Position numbers and translations under genes: made by a program. From Mobula birostris (taxonomy: Eukaryota): 64,000 nucleotides of DNA. Below the pieces are notes generated by a model. That model was not told the DNA's origin. It saw only the letters and a program-made list of their open reading frames with translations, and did not search any database. The stretch spans positions 76,487,359 through 76,551,358 of the forward strand of contig NC_092383.1 in the NCBI RefSeq assembly GCF_030028105.1, read 5' to 3'. Positions 23,998 to 35,979 of this stretch are shown here, piece after piece. How positions within the stretch are numbered: position 1 is the stretch's first letter; every line of letters begins with the position of its first letter.

Positions 23998-26900
23998 TAA
24001 TCCCCACCCCCAGAACCGGCAATACACGCCCTAATGTCCACAGTCTGGATCAGTCTCTGTTTGGGCAGTCTGCCTCTGCGCCACGGTGCCTGAACCTCGA
24101 TCGGCTGCGCCAAGTCCACATGGGCCGGTTTGAGTCAGTCCACCGTGAAAACCTCCTCTTTCCCCTCAATGTCCAGAACTTACGTGGACCCGTTGTTCCT
24201 GATCACCTTGAACGGCCCCTCATACAGCTGTTGTAGCAGTTCCCGGTGTGTGCCCCTTCGTATGAATACAAACTTACAGATCTGCAGGTCTTTGGGTACG
24301 CAGGCTGGGATCTGTCCGTGCTGTGAAGTCGGTATGGGGGCCAGGTTGCCAAGCCTTTTGCAAAGTCTGTCCAGGACTGCTGCGGGTTCTTCCTCTTGCC
24401 CCCTTGGGGCTGGTTTAAACTCTCCTGGGACGACCAGGGGTGTGCCGTACACCAACTCGGCCGACGAGGTGTGTAGATCTTCCTTGGGCGCCGTGCGGAT
24501 TCCAAGCAGGACCCAGGGAAGCTCGTCCACCCAGTTAGGCCCTTTCAGGCAGGTCACGAGAGCCGACTTCAAGTGACAGTGTAAGTGTTCCACTAGTCCG
24601 TTCGACTGTGGGTGGTAGGCAGTTGTGTGGTGTAGCTGTGTTCCCAGGCTGGCCACAGCCGACCATAGGCTGGAAGTGAACTGGGCACTTCTGTCGGAGG
24701 TAATGTGGGCCGGTATCCCGAAGCGTGCTACCCAGGTTACAATCAGTGCTCGGGCGCAGAAATCGGTGGTGTTGGCGAGCGGGACCGCCTCTGGCCATCT
24801 CGTGGATCCACCTACCATAGTTAGGAGGTACCGCGCTCCTCGTGACACTGGCAGGGGCCCCACGATATCCACATGAATGTGGTCGAATCTCTGGCGGGTG
24901 GGTTCGAACTGCTGCGGCGGGGCTTTGGTGTGCCGCTGCACCTTGGCTGTTTGACACTGCGTGCACGTTTTGGCCCATTCGCTGACCTGTTTGCGAAGTC
25001 CGTGCCACACAAACTTGCTGGAGACCATCCGGACAGTTGTCCTGATAGATGGGTGCGCCAAGCCATGTATAGAGTCGAAAACTCGCCACCGCCAGGCTGC
25101 CGGGACGATGGGGCGAGGTTGGCCGGTAGCCACGTCACACGGGAGGGTCCTCTCACCTGGGCCTATGAGGAAGGCTTGCAGCTGCAGACCCGAGAATGCG
25201 GTCCTGTAGCTGGGCATCTCATCATCTGCCTGCTGCGCCTCCGCCAGTGCTGCATAGTTCACCCCTGGGACAGGGCCTGGATAGCTGGTCTGGAGAGTGC
25301 GTCCGCCACGATGTTGTCCTTTCCCGAGACATGCTGGATGTCCGTTGTGTACACGGAGATGTAGGACAGATGTTGCTGCTGGCGGGCCGACCAGGGATCG
25401 GACACCTTCGTGAATGCAAAGGTCAACGGTTTGTGGTCCGTGAACGCGGCGAACGGCCTGCCTTCTAAGAAGTATCTGAAATGCCAGATATAGTGCCAAC
25501 AGCTCCTGGTCGAAGGCACTGTACTTGAGTTCGGGTGGCCATAGGTGCCTGCTGAAGAACGCCAGGGGTTGCCAGCGCCCCTTGATGAGTTGCTCCAGCG
25601 CCCCACCGACTGCTGTGTTGGATGCGTCCACTGTGAGGGCGGTTGGAATGTCCGTTCTGGGGTGCACCAGCACTGCAGTGTCTGCCAAGGCTTCCTTGGC
25701 TTTAGTGAAAGTGGCCACGGCCTCTTTGTCCCAAGTAATGTCCTTGCCTTTACCCAACAACAGGGTGAACAAAGGGCGCATGATACGGGCTGCTGAGGGG
25801 AGGAAGTGGTGGTAGAAGTTCACCAAACCAACGAACTCCTGCAGGCCTTTGACTGTGTTGGGCCGGGCGAAGTGGCGGATGGCGTCTACCTGGTGGGCAG
25901 AGGTGTTGCCCCATCTTTGGTAATCCTGTAACCCAGGAAGTCGATGGTGTCGAGTCCAAACTGGCATTTGGGTAGGTTGATCGTGAGGCTGAAATCACTC
26001 AGGTGGGAGTAGTGCTGGTGGAGGCTCCTGACGACTACTGCTGGCTATGAGGATGTCATCCAAATAGATGAACGCAAAGTCCAGGTCGCGTCCCACCACG
26101 TCCATTAGCCGTTGGAATGTCTGTGCAGCATTCTTCAGGCTGAACGGCATTCGGAGGAATTCGAACAGGCCAAACAGGGTGATGAGTGCTGTTTTGGGCA
26201 TGTCTTCAGGGTGTACTGGGATTTGATGGTATCCCCGGACAAGGTCTACCTTGGAAAAGATGCTTGCCCCGTGCAGGCTTGCTGCAAAGTCCTGTACGTG
26301 CGGCACAGGGTAGCGGTCTGGAGTTGTAGCCTCGTTCAGTCTGTGGTAGTCACCACATGGTCTCCAGCCCCCGGCTGCTTAGGGCACCATGTGCAGGGGG
26401 GAGGCCCATGGGCTGTCGGACCGCTGTGCAGTCCCCAATTCCTCCATCCTCTTGAACCCCTCCTTCGCCAGGCAGAGCTTGTCCGGGGGGGGGGGGGCCT
26501 TCGTGCGCGGGCGTGGAGGGGTGATCCCTGGGTCGGAATGTGGTGCTGTACTCCGTGTCTGGGCATGGCTGCTGTGAACTGTGGTGCCAGAACCGATGGA
26601 AAGTCTGCCAGGATTCTGGTGAATTCGTCAGACAGCGTGATGGAGTCCAGGTGTGGGGCCGGCAGCTTGGCTTCACCCAGGGAGAACGTCTGGAAAGCCT
26701 TGGCGTGGACCTGTCTTTTCCCTTGCAAGCCGACCAGCAGGCTGTGAGCTCGCAAGAAGTCTGCCCCCAGGAGTGGTTAGGCCACGGCGGTCAGTGTGAA
26801 GTCCCACGTGAACCGGCTGGCGCCAAACTGCAGCTGCACTGTGCAGGTGCCATAGGTCCATATCATGCTGCCATTTGTGGCCCTCAGGGTGGGTCCCGGC

Positions 26901-27760
26901 TCCCTGTTGCGGGTGTCGTATCCTGTTGGGGTAAGACGCTGATTTCTGCTCCAGTGTCAACCAAGAAGCAGCGTCCTGACTGCTTGTCCCAGACGTACAA
27001 GAAGCTGTCCTGGTGGCCAGCCATCGTAGCCATTAGCGGCGACTGGCCCTGGCGTTTCCCGGGAATTTGCAGGGCGGGCGACAATTGCGGGCTTCTGTGC
27101 CCCACCACTGGTGGTAAAAACACCACTGCTCATTGGCCTCCTCACTCCTGCCTCTGGGTTGTGTGCACTCTGTTGCCGGGCCTGGTCTGGCCTGCTGTTG
27201 GGCGCGTGGCTTGGTAATCCGTCTGACGGATGCCCCGTTCTCCCTCTTGGCTTTCCACAGCACGTCTGCCTGGGCTGCCACCTTCCGGGGGTCACTGAAA
27301 TCTGCGTCGGCCAGCAGCAGCTGTATGTCCTCGGGCAGTTGCTCTAGGAACACCTGCTCAAACATGAGGCAGGGCTTGTGTCCTTTAGCCAGGGCCAGCA
27401 TCTCGTTCATTAATGCTGACGGCGGCCTGCTCCCAAACAGTCCAGGTGCAGCAAGCGGGCACCTCGCTGACGCTGTGAGAGGCCAAAGGTCCCTATAGGC
27501 AGTGCTTTGACTACTGCATATTTGCCTTCTTCTGGGGGTGACTGTATGAAATCCCTAACCTGGGCGGCTGTCTCCTGGACAAGGGAGCTCACCACATAAT
27601 AGTAACGCATGGAATCAGAAGATATCTGCCGAATCTGGAACTGGGCTTCTGCTTGATCAAACCACACGCGTGGCCGCAGCATCCAGAAAGTTGGCAGTTT
27701 TAGCAAAATTGCGTGAATAGATGAAGAGTCGATCATCTTTGGTCCAAATCCCGTTTGGAC

Positions 27761-27774
27761 CGTCGGGGTCACCA
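27761..27774 (-). other. Primer-binding site complementary to tRNA-Trp
   Basis: Minus strand TGGTGACCCCGACG, 1 nt inside the 5' LTR, matches the 3' end of tRNA-Trp (..CGUCGGGGUCACCA). Confidence 0.9.
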
Positions 27775-27775
27775 A

Positions 27776-28065
27776 TGTAGCGATGTGCTACACACAGAGC
27801 TAGAAATAGCGACACCAAGTCTGTAAATTGCACTCAAGATAAGTTTATTCAAACTTTGCAGCACTGGCTTTTACGCAGTTCCGTTCCCGCGCTCTCCGGG
27901 TGGAAATGACGTCAGAGGCGCATTACAAAAGCCTCTTCCCGCGCACGGGCTTCCTCCCCTTGCTGGTGAAGAAGAAGGCCCAGTTCCATTTTGGGGCTGG
28001 CCGCTCTGCCGACACGCACGCCATTTTGTGAGACAGTTCGCCTATGTAGAAAGTGGATCACCACA
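27776..28065 (-). repeat. 5' LTR (290 bp)
   Basis: TGTAGCGATGTGC...GGATCACCACA. AATAAA on the minus strand, and a palindromic TGACGTCA CRE site. Confidence 0.95.
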
Positions 28066-29354
28066 AGTTGATATTTTGGGCCAAGACCCTTCTTCAGGAC
28101 GGAGAAGGAAGGGGGAAGATGCCAGAATATAAAAGATGGGGGAGGGGAAGGAGGATAGCTGGAAGGTGATAGGTGAAATCAGTTGAGTGGGAAAGGTCAA
28201 GGGCTGGAGAAGAAGGAATCTGATAGGAGAACAGAGTGGACCACAGGAGAAAGGGAAGGATAATAGACAGGTCAGAGTGGGGAATAGAGGAAGAGGTGAG
28301 GGGGTGGGAAATTTGTTTACCAGAAGGAGAAATGGATATTCCTGTGAATTAGTGATGTCAATCAAACCCAGCCTCTCATACAGGTAGATGGAGAGTGAAC
28401 AGACCATGATATTTTAATTCCTTTGTACCTTCAGAAGCTCCTGTCAAACAAGGTCTCTGCTAAGTTTAATACAATGGCTCTATTCCTATGATGTACAACT
28501 ATATGGCTCAATGAGATTTAAAGAGGAATTGAATAATGTTAGGGTCTGATCATGTAAAGTGACAGCTAACAAAAATTGGTCAATGGAAAATGGGAATTCT
28601 TTTTATGACAAGGAGCAGAAAGATAAATCATAGAATAACAGAATACTTATAGCACATTTGGCCCCTTAAGTCCATACCAATTTCTTAGAGAAGGTATCAT
28701 TCAGTACAATTCACTTGCACTTCCCCTGAAGTCTGCAAATTAGTTTCCCTTAAATGCCTATCCATGTCGTCTTGAAAGCCTTAACTGACTGTGTTTCTAC
28801 CAGAACCAGAGTCAAGTTTATTGTCACTGATTTGCTGTTTTGCAGCAGCAGCACAGAGCAAAGGCATAAAAATTACTATAAAGTACAAAACAGGTAAATA
28901 ATGAAAATAAAGGAATAACAAAGTCACTTTCATGGACTAATGGACCATTTGGAAATCTGGCAGCCAGGCCACACTGCTCTAGATTCAATGTTACTAGCTG
29001 TACCACATGGACTTAAAAATAAAAGACAAAATCCACCTGAGGTTTGGTCATTAGGTAACAGAAAGCCCTAGGAGCACAAATGTCTGGCACCAAATTGGAT
29101 TGGTTCAAGACCAGTCATAGGTGGTTATTTGATCATGCAGCTTAGGAACTGGAGGGAGGGAAAAAACAAGCTGTCTGACTCACCCCTTTCATCTCGCATC
29201 AGAAAATGTCAGAGACACAACCTCTTCTGAGGTCTCTCTCTATCTGACCTTTCAGCTCAATGCTCCTGTTTTGAGAAGACAAATGTTAAAAGGGAAAGGA
29301 TCCACTGTGAATGATGTATTTCATTCCCCCCCCCCTTTCAAATTCAAATACATT

Positions 29355-29752
29355 GAGGCCTCTGTTGGCCTGGGTTGACCATGGATGTGGCATCCTAGTG
29401 TCTTCAGATATGCAAGCCAGGGAAGGACACTATGGAGAGCAAGCTGCTGCCCATTCAGTGGGCAACTCTTCTCTACGCAGCTCCAAAGCAACTGCAGAGA
29501 CCGATACCAGTGGCATTGCAGGAGTTGCCAGTCAGCGTTGAACTCAAGTAGAACTGTAGGGACTCCAGCTCCAGATTTTTCCTCAGGGTTTACTCCTGAA
29601 GCCTTCCCCATGAGTGAGCATAGCTGCAAGGCAACAGAGGTTTGAGATCAGAGTTTTCCTTCAGTTTTCCTTGCCAACTACAGCTGACAGGCCTCATCTG
29701 CCTGGACCGATTGGTTTTAAGTTGCCAGTAACCCGCCTTTGCCCCTTCTCCT
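29355..29752. mobile_element. Probable RTE-related non-autonomous repeat
   Basis: GC-richer block with GACTCCAGCTCCAGATTTTTCCTCAGGGTTTACTCCTGAAGCCTTCCCC..CAGAGTTTTCCTTC. Family assigned from resemblance only. Confidence 0.4.
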
Positions 29753-30749
29753 GATTTCAAATTTATATTAGAATTTGAGAATTGGAACCCATATTACACC
29801 TGCTTTCAAAAAATATCTGGTCCCCTAAAATATCTTCCTTTCCTTCACTGAAGGTGTTGACTTTGATTGGGCTGTGGTCTCAATGGGAATTATCTGTCCC
29901 TCAATATCATGCACAACAGGTCCAGGACAATTACTAGCAGCTGCCTGATTACTTGAGGCATCACAGCCAAGCCCATTGCCAGGTAAACAGTTATTCAGTT
30001 TGGTTCAACTAATAAGAAATGGGAGCATGAGTAAGCCATATGCCTCTTGATTCTCCTTGCCATTTAATAAGGTTCTGCTCAATTATTAATTTCTTGACTG
30101 TCCAAAAATCAGTCAATTGCAGTCTTGAGTGACATGGCATCTGCATCTCACTGGTGTGAAATTTCCACAGATTCATTGCCTCTGACTAAAATAATGTCAG
30201 ATTGGCTGATCCTTGCCCTACAACCCGGACTCCTCAGACAGGGAAAAGCAGGGTGTTAGTATCTATCCAATGAGAATGTAAACTCGTCCCATGAACCAGT
30301 CAAGCCCGGGGATCCACTAATCCACCTTAAGGCTGGGATGGGTCTATCATGAAGTATCCCAGCCAGGACACCCTGCAACTAATCATATTGTGGCATTGAG
30401 GATGTTATGGAAAAGCAGTGGTAGTAATTGGTTGATGTGGATGGTATCTGGTAATCCAGGCTCAAAGCAGTGTGAGCTTCTTGAAGGGTCCAGCAAACCC
30501 CTCATTTCAGGGCATTTAAGGGGAGGCAATTCATATTGGGTTAGTCAGTGACATCCACACCCTGTGAATAAATAACAAATGTTCACATGGATCACCCATC
30601 TGCTGTGGGTAGAGCTCTTTAGCCACTGTGACTATGGCAGAGCTAAGGGAGGGATAATCCCAATCCCCCTGACTTTAAAGATTAGATTTACTTGTCACAC
30701 GTATATCAAGACATCGAAACGTACAAAGAAAGGTGTCATTTGAGACAGC

Positions 30750-31455
30750 AGTGGAAACTGCGAGCAGTTTAAAACTCCTGGGAGTGCACATCTCGCATAA
30801 GCTTGCAAGGTCCCAGAACACATCCTACACAATCAAGAATGCTCACCGATGCCTCTACTCTCCGGAGGAGGCTGAAGAGAGGTGGACTACTCGCCTCAGT
30901 ACTCACAGCCTTCTACAGATGCACAGTAGGGAGAATCCTAACCCTCTAAATCATTGCGCAGTGAGTGAACAGCACTGCAGCAGACAGGAACCACTAGTCT
31001 CCCAGTCATCAGGGACACATACTCTATATAGAAAGGTGCCAGAAAAAGGCCAGCAATATCATGAAGGATCTCACCCACCCTGCTCAGGGACAGTTTGTCC
31101 AACTCCCATCAGGGAGGAGTCTATGTAGCATCCATGCCAGGACCACCAGACTCAAAAATTTACTTTCCCCAAGCAATAAATCTAATCAACACCTCTGCCC
31201 ACCAACCACCCACCACAACTTTATCATTTCTTGTCAGTCACCTTACGTACAAGCACCCCTGAACCTAATGTCACTTCATGTACATACGATCAATCGATGC
31301 ATATAAACTATTTGATGTATTTATATTTATTGATTTTTTTTTGCTATTGTGTTCTCTATTTTATTGTGTTTTTGTGCTGCATCGGATCCAGAGTAACAAT
31401 AATTTAGTTCTCCTTTACACTTGTGTACTGGAAATGACATTAAATAATCTCGACG
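30750..31455 (+). mobile_element. Rex1/Babar-type LINE 3' fragment; further fragments at ~39465-39640(-), 42430-42825(+), 46130-47220(+), 49820-50285(-), 53812-54430(-), 56815-57240(+), 57300-57750(-), 58320-59280(-) and 62770-63200(+)
   Basis: Recurrent peptides VETASSLKLLGVHIS, KDLTHPAQGQFVQLPSGR..RTTRLKN, NNLSLNVDKTKEMIVDF, PQGCVLSRLLYSLYTHDC and KDPHHLGHVLFSLLPSGRRYR. Confidence 0.8.
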
Positions 31456-34400
31456 ACTCTTGACATGAAATCAAACGTGAGGATGTGCTGGAAGCAGCTG
31501 ACAAGTATCATCACGCTTTTGCTGCCATCATACCTAACACTAACTGTACATCTTTGGAACGTAGGAAGAAACCTGGAGGAAGTCCACGTGCTCAGAGAGA
31601 GAACAGACAAACTTCTTAGACTGTGGTGGGAATCGAACCCACATCAGAGATTGCTGGCACTGTAAATCATCTGTGCTAACTGCCACGCTACCATAATGCC
31701 TCTGGATTATTCTAGGCAATGGATGAAGTTGAACACATTCACAGAACTCCATGGATTTTGCAAAATGAAAGAAGTTGTCTCTTCAAGAAGAGCAGAATAC
31801 ACCTTCTCTTTGAGTAAAGATCATAGATGCCACTAACAGCTGTCTAGCTTGTGGCTTCTTGAAGGGTCAGAATGATAGATCACAACCATGCGGTACTTTG
31901 GGCTCCATAGGGCATCACCAACCTGTGCTGCAGCAGGAAGGGCAATCACTTCGCAAAGGTCCAATATGTCATAGACCCCATCAGAAGATCATGGTGGTTA
32001 GCACCATATTGTTGTGAACATTGCCTACCTTGTGGACCTCTATGCTCAACTCATTTCTGCTATTGCATCACAGTGATATATGGCTATTGGAGGGAAATGG
32101 CTGTGTTATGAATTTAATACCCTGGGAACCTTTAAAAGTACCTGTGAGTACATTTGTAATCAGCCAAGCTCCCAACAGAAACATTGCAGAGATGCTCAAA
32201 GTAAGCTATCAGTGACTGTGCCAGTCAGGAAAGCCCCAGCAGCATATTCCTGAGAGGGTTCTCTTGTTTATGGAGATAAAGATTAGCTTTATTTGTCACA
32301 TGTACATCGAAGCATCAAAACAGTCGGTAAAATGTGTCAACAACCAACACATTTGGAGGATGACCTCGGAGTAACCTATAACTGTTGCCATGCTTCTGAT
32401 GCCAACATAGCATGCCCACAGTTTACTAACCTTAAACCTTACACTTCGGAATGTGGGAGGAAACCACGGCTCTTGGAGGAAACCCACACAGTCACAGAAA
32501 GAATACACAAACTCCTTACAGACAGTGGTGGAAATTGAACTCCGATTGGTGATTGCTGGCATTATAATGTGTTGCAATGACTCTGTCTTATCCTCCAGTG
32601 TAGTATCTGTCTCCCACTCTTCAGCAGGTAGAAGAGGAGGAGGAGGAGGAAGAACAGGGCAGTTAGTGATGAAGAGAACCCCTTTCTGGAAATGCAGTCA
32701 GACAGCTTAATTGACATGGGACTTAGCTGACTACACCTTGTCACTGAACAAAGAACCAGAGGAAGAGGCAGTTTAAGGCTTTGGCCATAAGCAGGGTATG
32801 AGTGGAAATTTATCATTTCTCCTGGGCATTTAACCCCCATTGTCATTGTCCAGTCATCCCACCAGCAACGTCAGGAACATCCTGAATATCACCACTCTGT
32901 GTAACTCAGCCTGAACCAGCTAATACTCTTTTTAAGTACACTGCAGCAAGGGACTCGGCCCCTGATAGCACAAAGAAATTCATTCACCTGCAAGGTAAGT
33001 GTCAGGGTTGACACAGAACTCTTTATCTGTTCTCCCCAAGTGTAGCTCCAAAGGTACTGAAAGAATTTCTACTTGTTGACAGTGGTAGAGCCTGGGGCTC
33101 ACAGCTCCAGAGATCCAGGGTCAATTCCCACCTCCAGCACTGCACGTGTGGAGTTTGCAAGTTTTCCCTGTGACCAGGTGGAATTCCTCCAGGTGCTCCA
33201 GTGTGAGGTATGAAGGGCTTAGGTCCAGGTGCAGGTTGATGGGACTGGGCGGAATAATAGTTTGTAATGAGATAACTGGCTCTAAGGGCCTGTTTTTGTG
33301 CTGTAGTGCTCGATAACTCTATAAAGGAACCCTCTGCATGCCATCCCTCAACACTTATTATAGTCTAATTTACCAGGTACTGGTGCCTTGACTAGCTCAC
33401 CAAAGGCAATGGTATAGTATGAATAGCAATTCATACTATACCAAAGGATAGTTACAGCCTAACTATGTTGCCATGCTTCTGGACTTCATATACAGTATAC
33501 GTCAGGGAACATGTTTACTTCCATGAGGGTAACCCAGGTGGATTCCAGATTAAATTGCACACTTGAATTCAAGTTTCCCAGCTTTTCCTTATATGCGCTG
33601 CTCCCCTCCCTGTGCTCCAACTCTTTATCTTTTTCTATCATTTTTAATCCACTACCCGTGAATATCACTTCACTTTTTCTAGCTGACTGAAATTTCTGGA
33701 GCCTGGCATCATTCCTTTGTCCTTTCCAAGTCATCATATTTATCCTAAAGTCTAAATTGCATGTCCATCTACTCTTAGTGGAATTCTTGGCCAACTTCAC
33801 AGCTGATGAGGGTGAAAAGTCATTCAGTTAGGAACAGCATAGCTATGGGATCTCAAGTAGACCCAGGCATGTTTCATTCATTCCCCTGAACATGATTCTG
33901 CTGGGAAGGAGCAAACAGAGGTCAAATTAATCTCTAGTTCATTTACCAACTGTGCTCAAATTAGGTTTCTAGCTGGAGAAGACTGGGACAGGGTTGAATG
34001 TCAGCCACTAATTATGGCCTCAGCTCTTCCTCTAAGCAGCTGTGGGAGGAAGGATATGCTGCTACAGTTTATTGAAGTATTGCCAGACATGGCATTACTG
34101 ATATTTGAGTGCAGTTTGATAGATGATCATCTCAAGCATTTTTGTCTGGCATAGGTCAAAATCGTAGATGAGAAATGTTTGTAATTTGCGGACAAAAAAT
34201 AATTCCGAAGCACTTTTTTGCAATTATTCCAATAGTTACAAGAGACTTTTGTATAAACTATAACCAGGGTAAAAATTGGAAAAAGAAATAATTTGAGACA
34301 GTGGTTGTCTGAAGGTGTATTTGGGTTTTTAATGTTGTTAATTTGCTCATATAGTAAATATTGACATTGATCCTTATACACCTCCTAGCTGTAGCTCAGT

Positions 34401-34814
34401 GACTAGCATCCTCATCTCAATCTCAGACTTTGGTTGGTTCACATCTCCAAACCTCAGGACTAGTACATGCCCTGTAAGTCAATGTTCCACCATGCACTGA
34501 GTTTGGGTTGTGAGGCTCCTGTTCCTGCTCACTGATGGAGAGGGCAAATCCCGCATGGTGAGGCTCCTCAATGATGGAAGCTGCGCTGCCTTCTTGAGGT
34601 GTCACCACTTGAAGATGTGCTCAACGGTGGGAAGGGTTGGCTTTGTAATGGAGCCGGCCAAGTCTACAGCTCTTTGCAGTCTCAGGTAGAGGGGAAGAGA
34701 GAAGGAAGGAGGAGGATGGAGAGGGAGAGGGAAAGAGAGAGCGAGGGAGACAGAGAGAGAGAGACAGAGAACATTTGGGAGCTGAAGTTGGTGTTTGAAG
34801 AAGGGTAATTGTTG

Positions 34815-35240
34815 CTCTGGCCTGTAGCCACTGGAGCTTAGAAGAATGAGAGGGGATCTCATTGAAACAGCTGAATATAGAAAGTCTGAGATAGAATGGG
34901 CATGGAGAGGATGCTTCCAACAGTGGGAGACCTAGGACCAGAGGGCACAGTCTTAGAATAGAAGGACACCACTTTAGAACAGAGATGAGGAGGAATTTTT
35001 TAGCCAGAGGGTAGTGAATCTGTGAAATTCATTGCTATGGGTGGCTGTGGAGGCCAAATCATTGGGGGATATTTAAAACAGAGGTTGATAGCTTCTTGAT
35101 TAGTAAGGGAGTCAAAGGTTATGGGGAGTAGGCAGGGGAATGGAGTTGAGAGTGAAAGTAAATCTGCCTTGATTGAATGGCAGAGCAGACCCAATGGGCT
35201 GAATGGCCTATTTCTTATTCCATGTCTTATGGTCTTATGG
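34815..35240 (+). mobile_element. CR1 3' fragment; others at ~21290-21420(-), 36180-36710(+), 51885-52110(-), 52770-53150(-) and 54440-54810(+)
   Basis: LEYCEQIWVPYLRKDVLPLERVQRRFMRMIP (36178-36384), ERRRLRTDLIEGYKIMRG (54573-54869), TRGHSLRIEG (52928-53116), and a shared 3' UTR ending (TCTTATGG)n. Confidence 0.8.
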
Positions 35241-35965
35241 ATGGCCAGCATTACGGGGGATGATGTTGGAGTAGGCAAAGCTGGGTGGGGTTGGAGTGAT
35301 TAAAGTTGGGAGGGGGGAGCGGCAGCAAATCTGCATCCATGTGAGTGGCCTGAAACATGCACCAGTCTGTGTTATACGCTGTCGGAAGCCTTAAAAACAG
35401 CTCAATCAGCTTATCAGCAGCCTGGGAAAGACAGGATCATGCAACTGACATGAAATTTCCAACTTCCAATCACAGTTCACTTTCCACAACATTGAGGTCC
35501 AGCAACAAAAAAAAATCTTCATTAAGCTTTCCAAGCAAGTGTTTTCTCATCGAGAATTTTGTGCCTCCTTATGGTAAGTGGGACACATCTTGGAGCAGCA
35601 ACCTTGTCTGGTTAATCGTGGAAAGGAAAGGTCTCATGGGACGAGACGGATTGTCGAAGCTACTGGGGCTGACAGTGATTAAAGTGCACATTACCAAGTC
35701 CCATTTAAACCTGCCGAAGATTTGTTATGCTAAGAGCAAGCCAGCTGGTGACGGTGAGTAGCAATAATTGTGAGGACAGTTAAAAATGGAATTTGCATAT
35801 TGTAGAAATATTCCAGACTTGTGTCTTTGGTCAGCTATGTCCCTTCTAGCGGAGTTTATTTTTGATTTCTTTTATAGAATCTGTATTAACAATACATATT
35901 GCTGCTTGGACTGAGTTTCGTTAAAATATCAGTCCTTAATTTACCAAAATAGCCTTTCAGGCTCT

Positions 35966-35979
35966 GTTGCCATGGTAAC
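35966..35979. promoter_or_regulatory. RFX X-box motif
   Basis: GTTGCCATGGTAAC is a near-perfect palindromic X-box in apparently non-repetitive sequence. Function not shown. Confidence 0.45.

Larger units (their letters stand above)
23708..28065 (-). mobile_element. Full-length Ty3/Gypsy LTR retrotransposon, CsRN1-like lineage, inactivated by frameshifts
   Basis: TG..CA LTRs and a 4-bp TSD (AGTC/AGTT). Gag LKLPTFW..PRVWFDQAEAQF with CHCC knuckle CFYHQWWGTEARNCRPPC; protease FLVDTGAEISVLP; RT FSKVDLVRGYHQIP..YLDD; RNase H TVDASNTAVGGAL..TDHKPL; integrase HGLAH..CTQC, HVDIVGP, TSD, NGLVE, GPF. Confidence 0.95.
23612..28340 (-). mobile_element. Penelope-like terminal repeat split by the Gypsy insertion (parts 23612-23707 and 28066-28340)
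   Basis: Joining the flanks restores ..GCAGCATCTATGGCAATGAATAGATAGTC|GATATTTTGGGCCAAGACCCTTCTTCAGGAC.., matching the uninterrupted copies. Confidence 0.85.

Noticed and set aside
24180-25967. 595-aa ORF as an intact host or domesticated protein
   Set aside because: It is a chimeric frame. It enters and leaves the true pol frame at frameshifts (the RNase H segment is in ORF 25259-25606), so it is a broken Gypsy pol.
33803-33825. CTGATGAGGGTGAAAAGTC as a hammerhead
   Set aside because: Only 4 nt between the boxes, so helix II cannot form; no flanking helix I.
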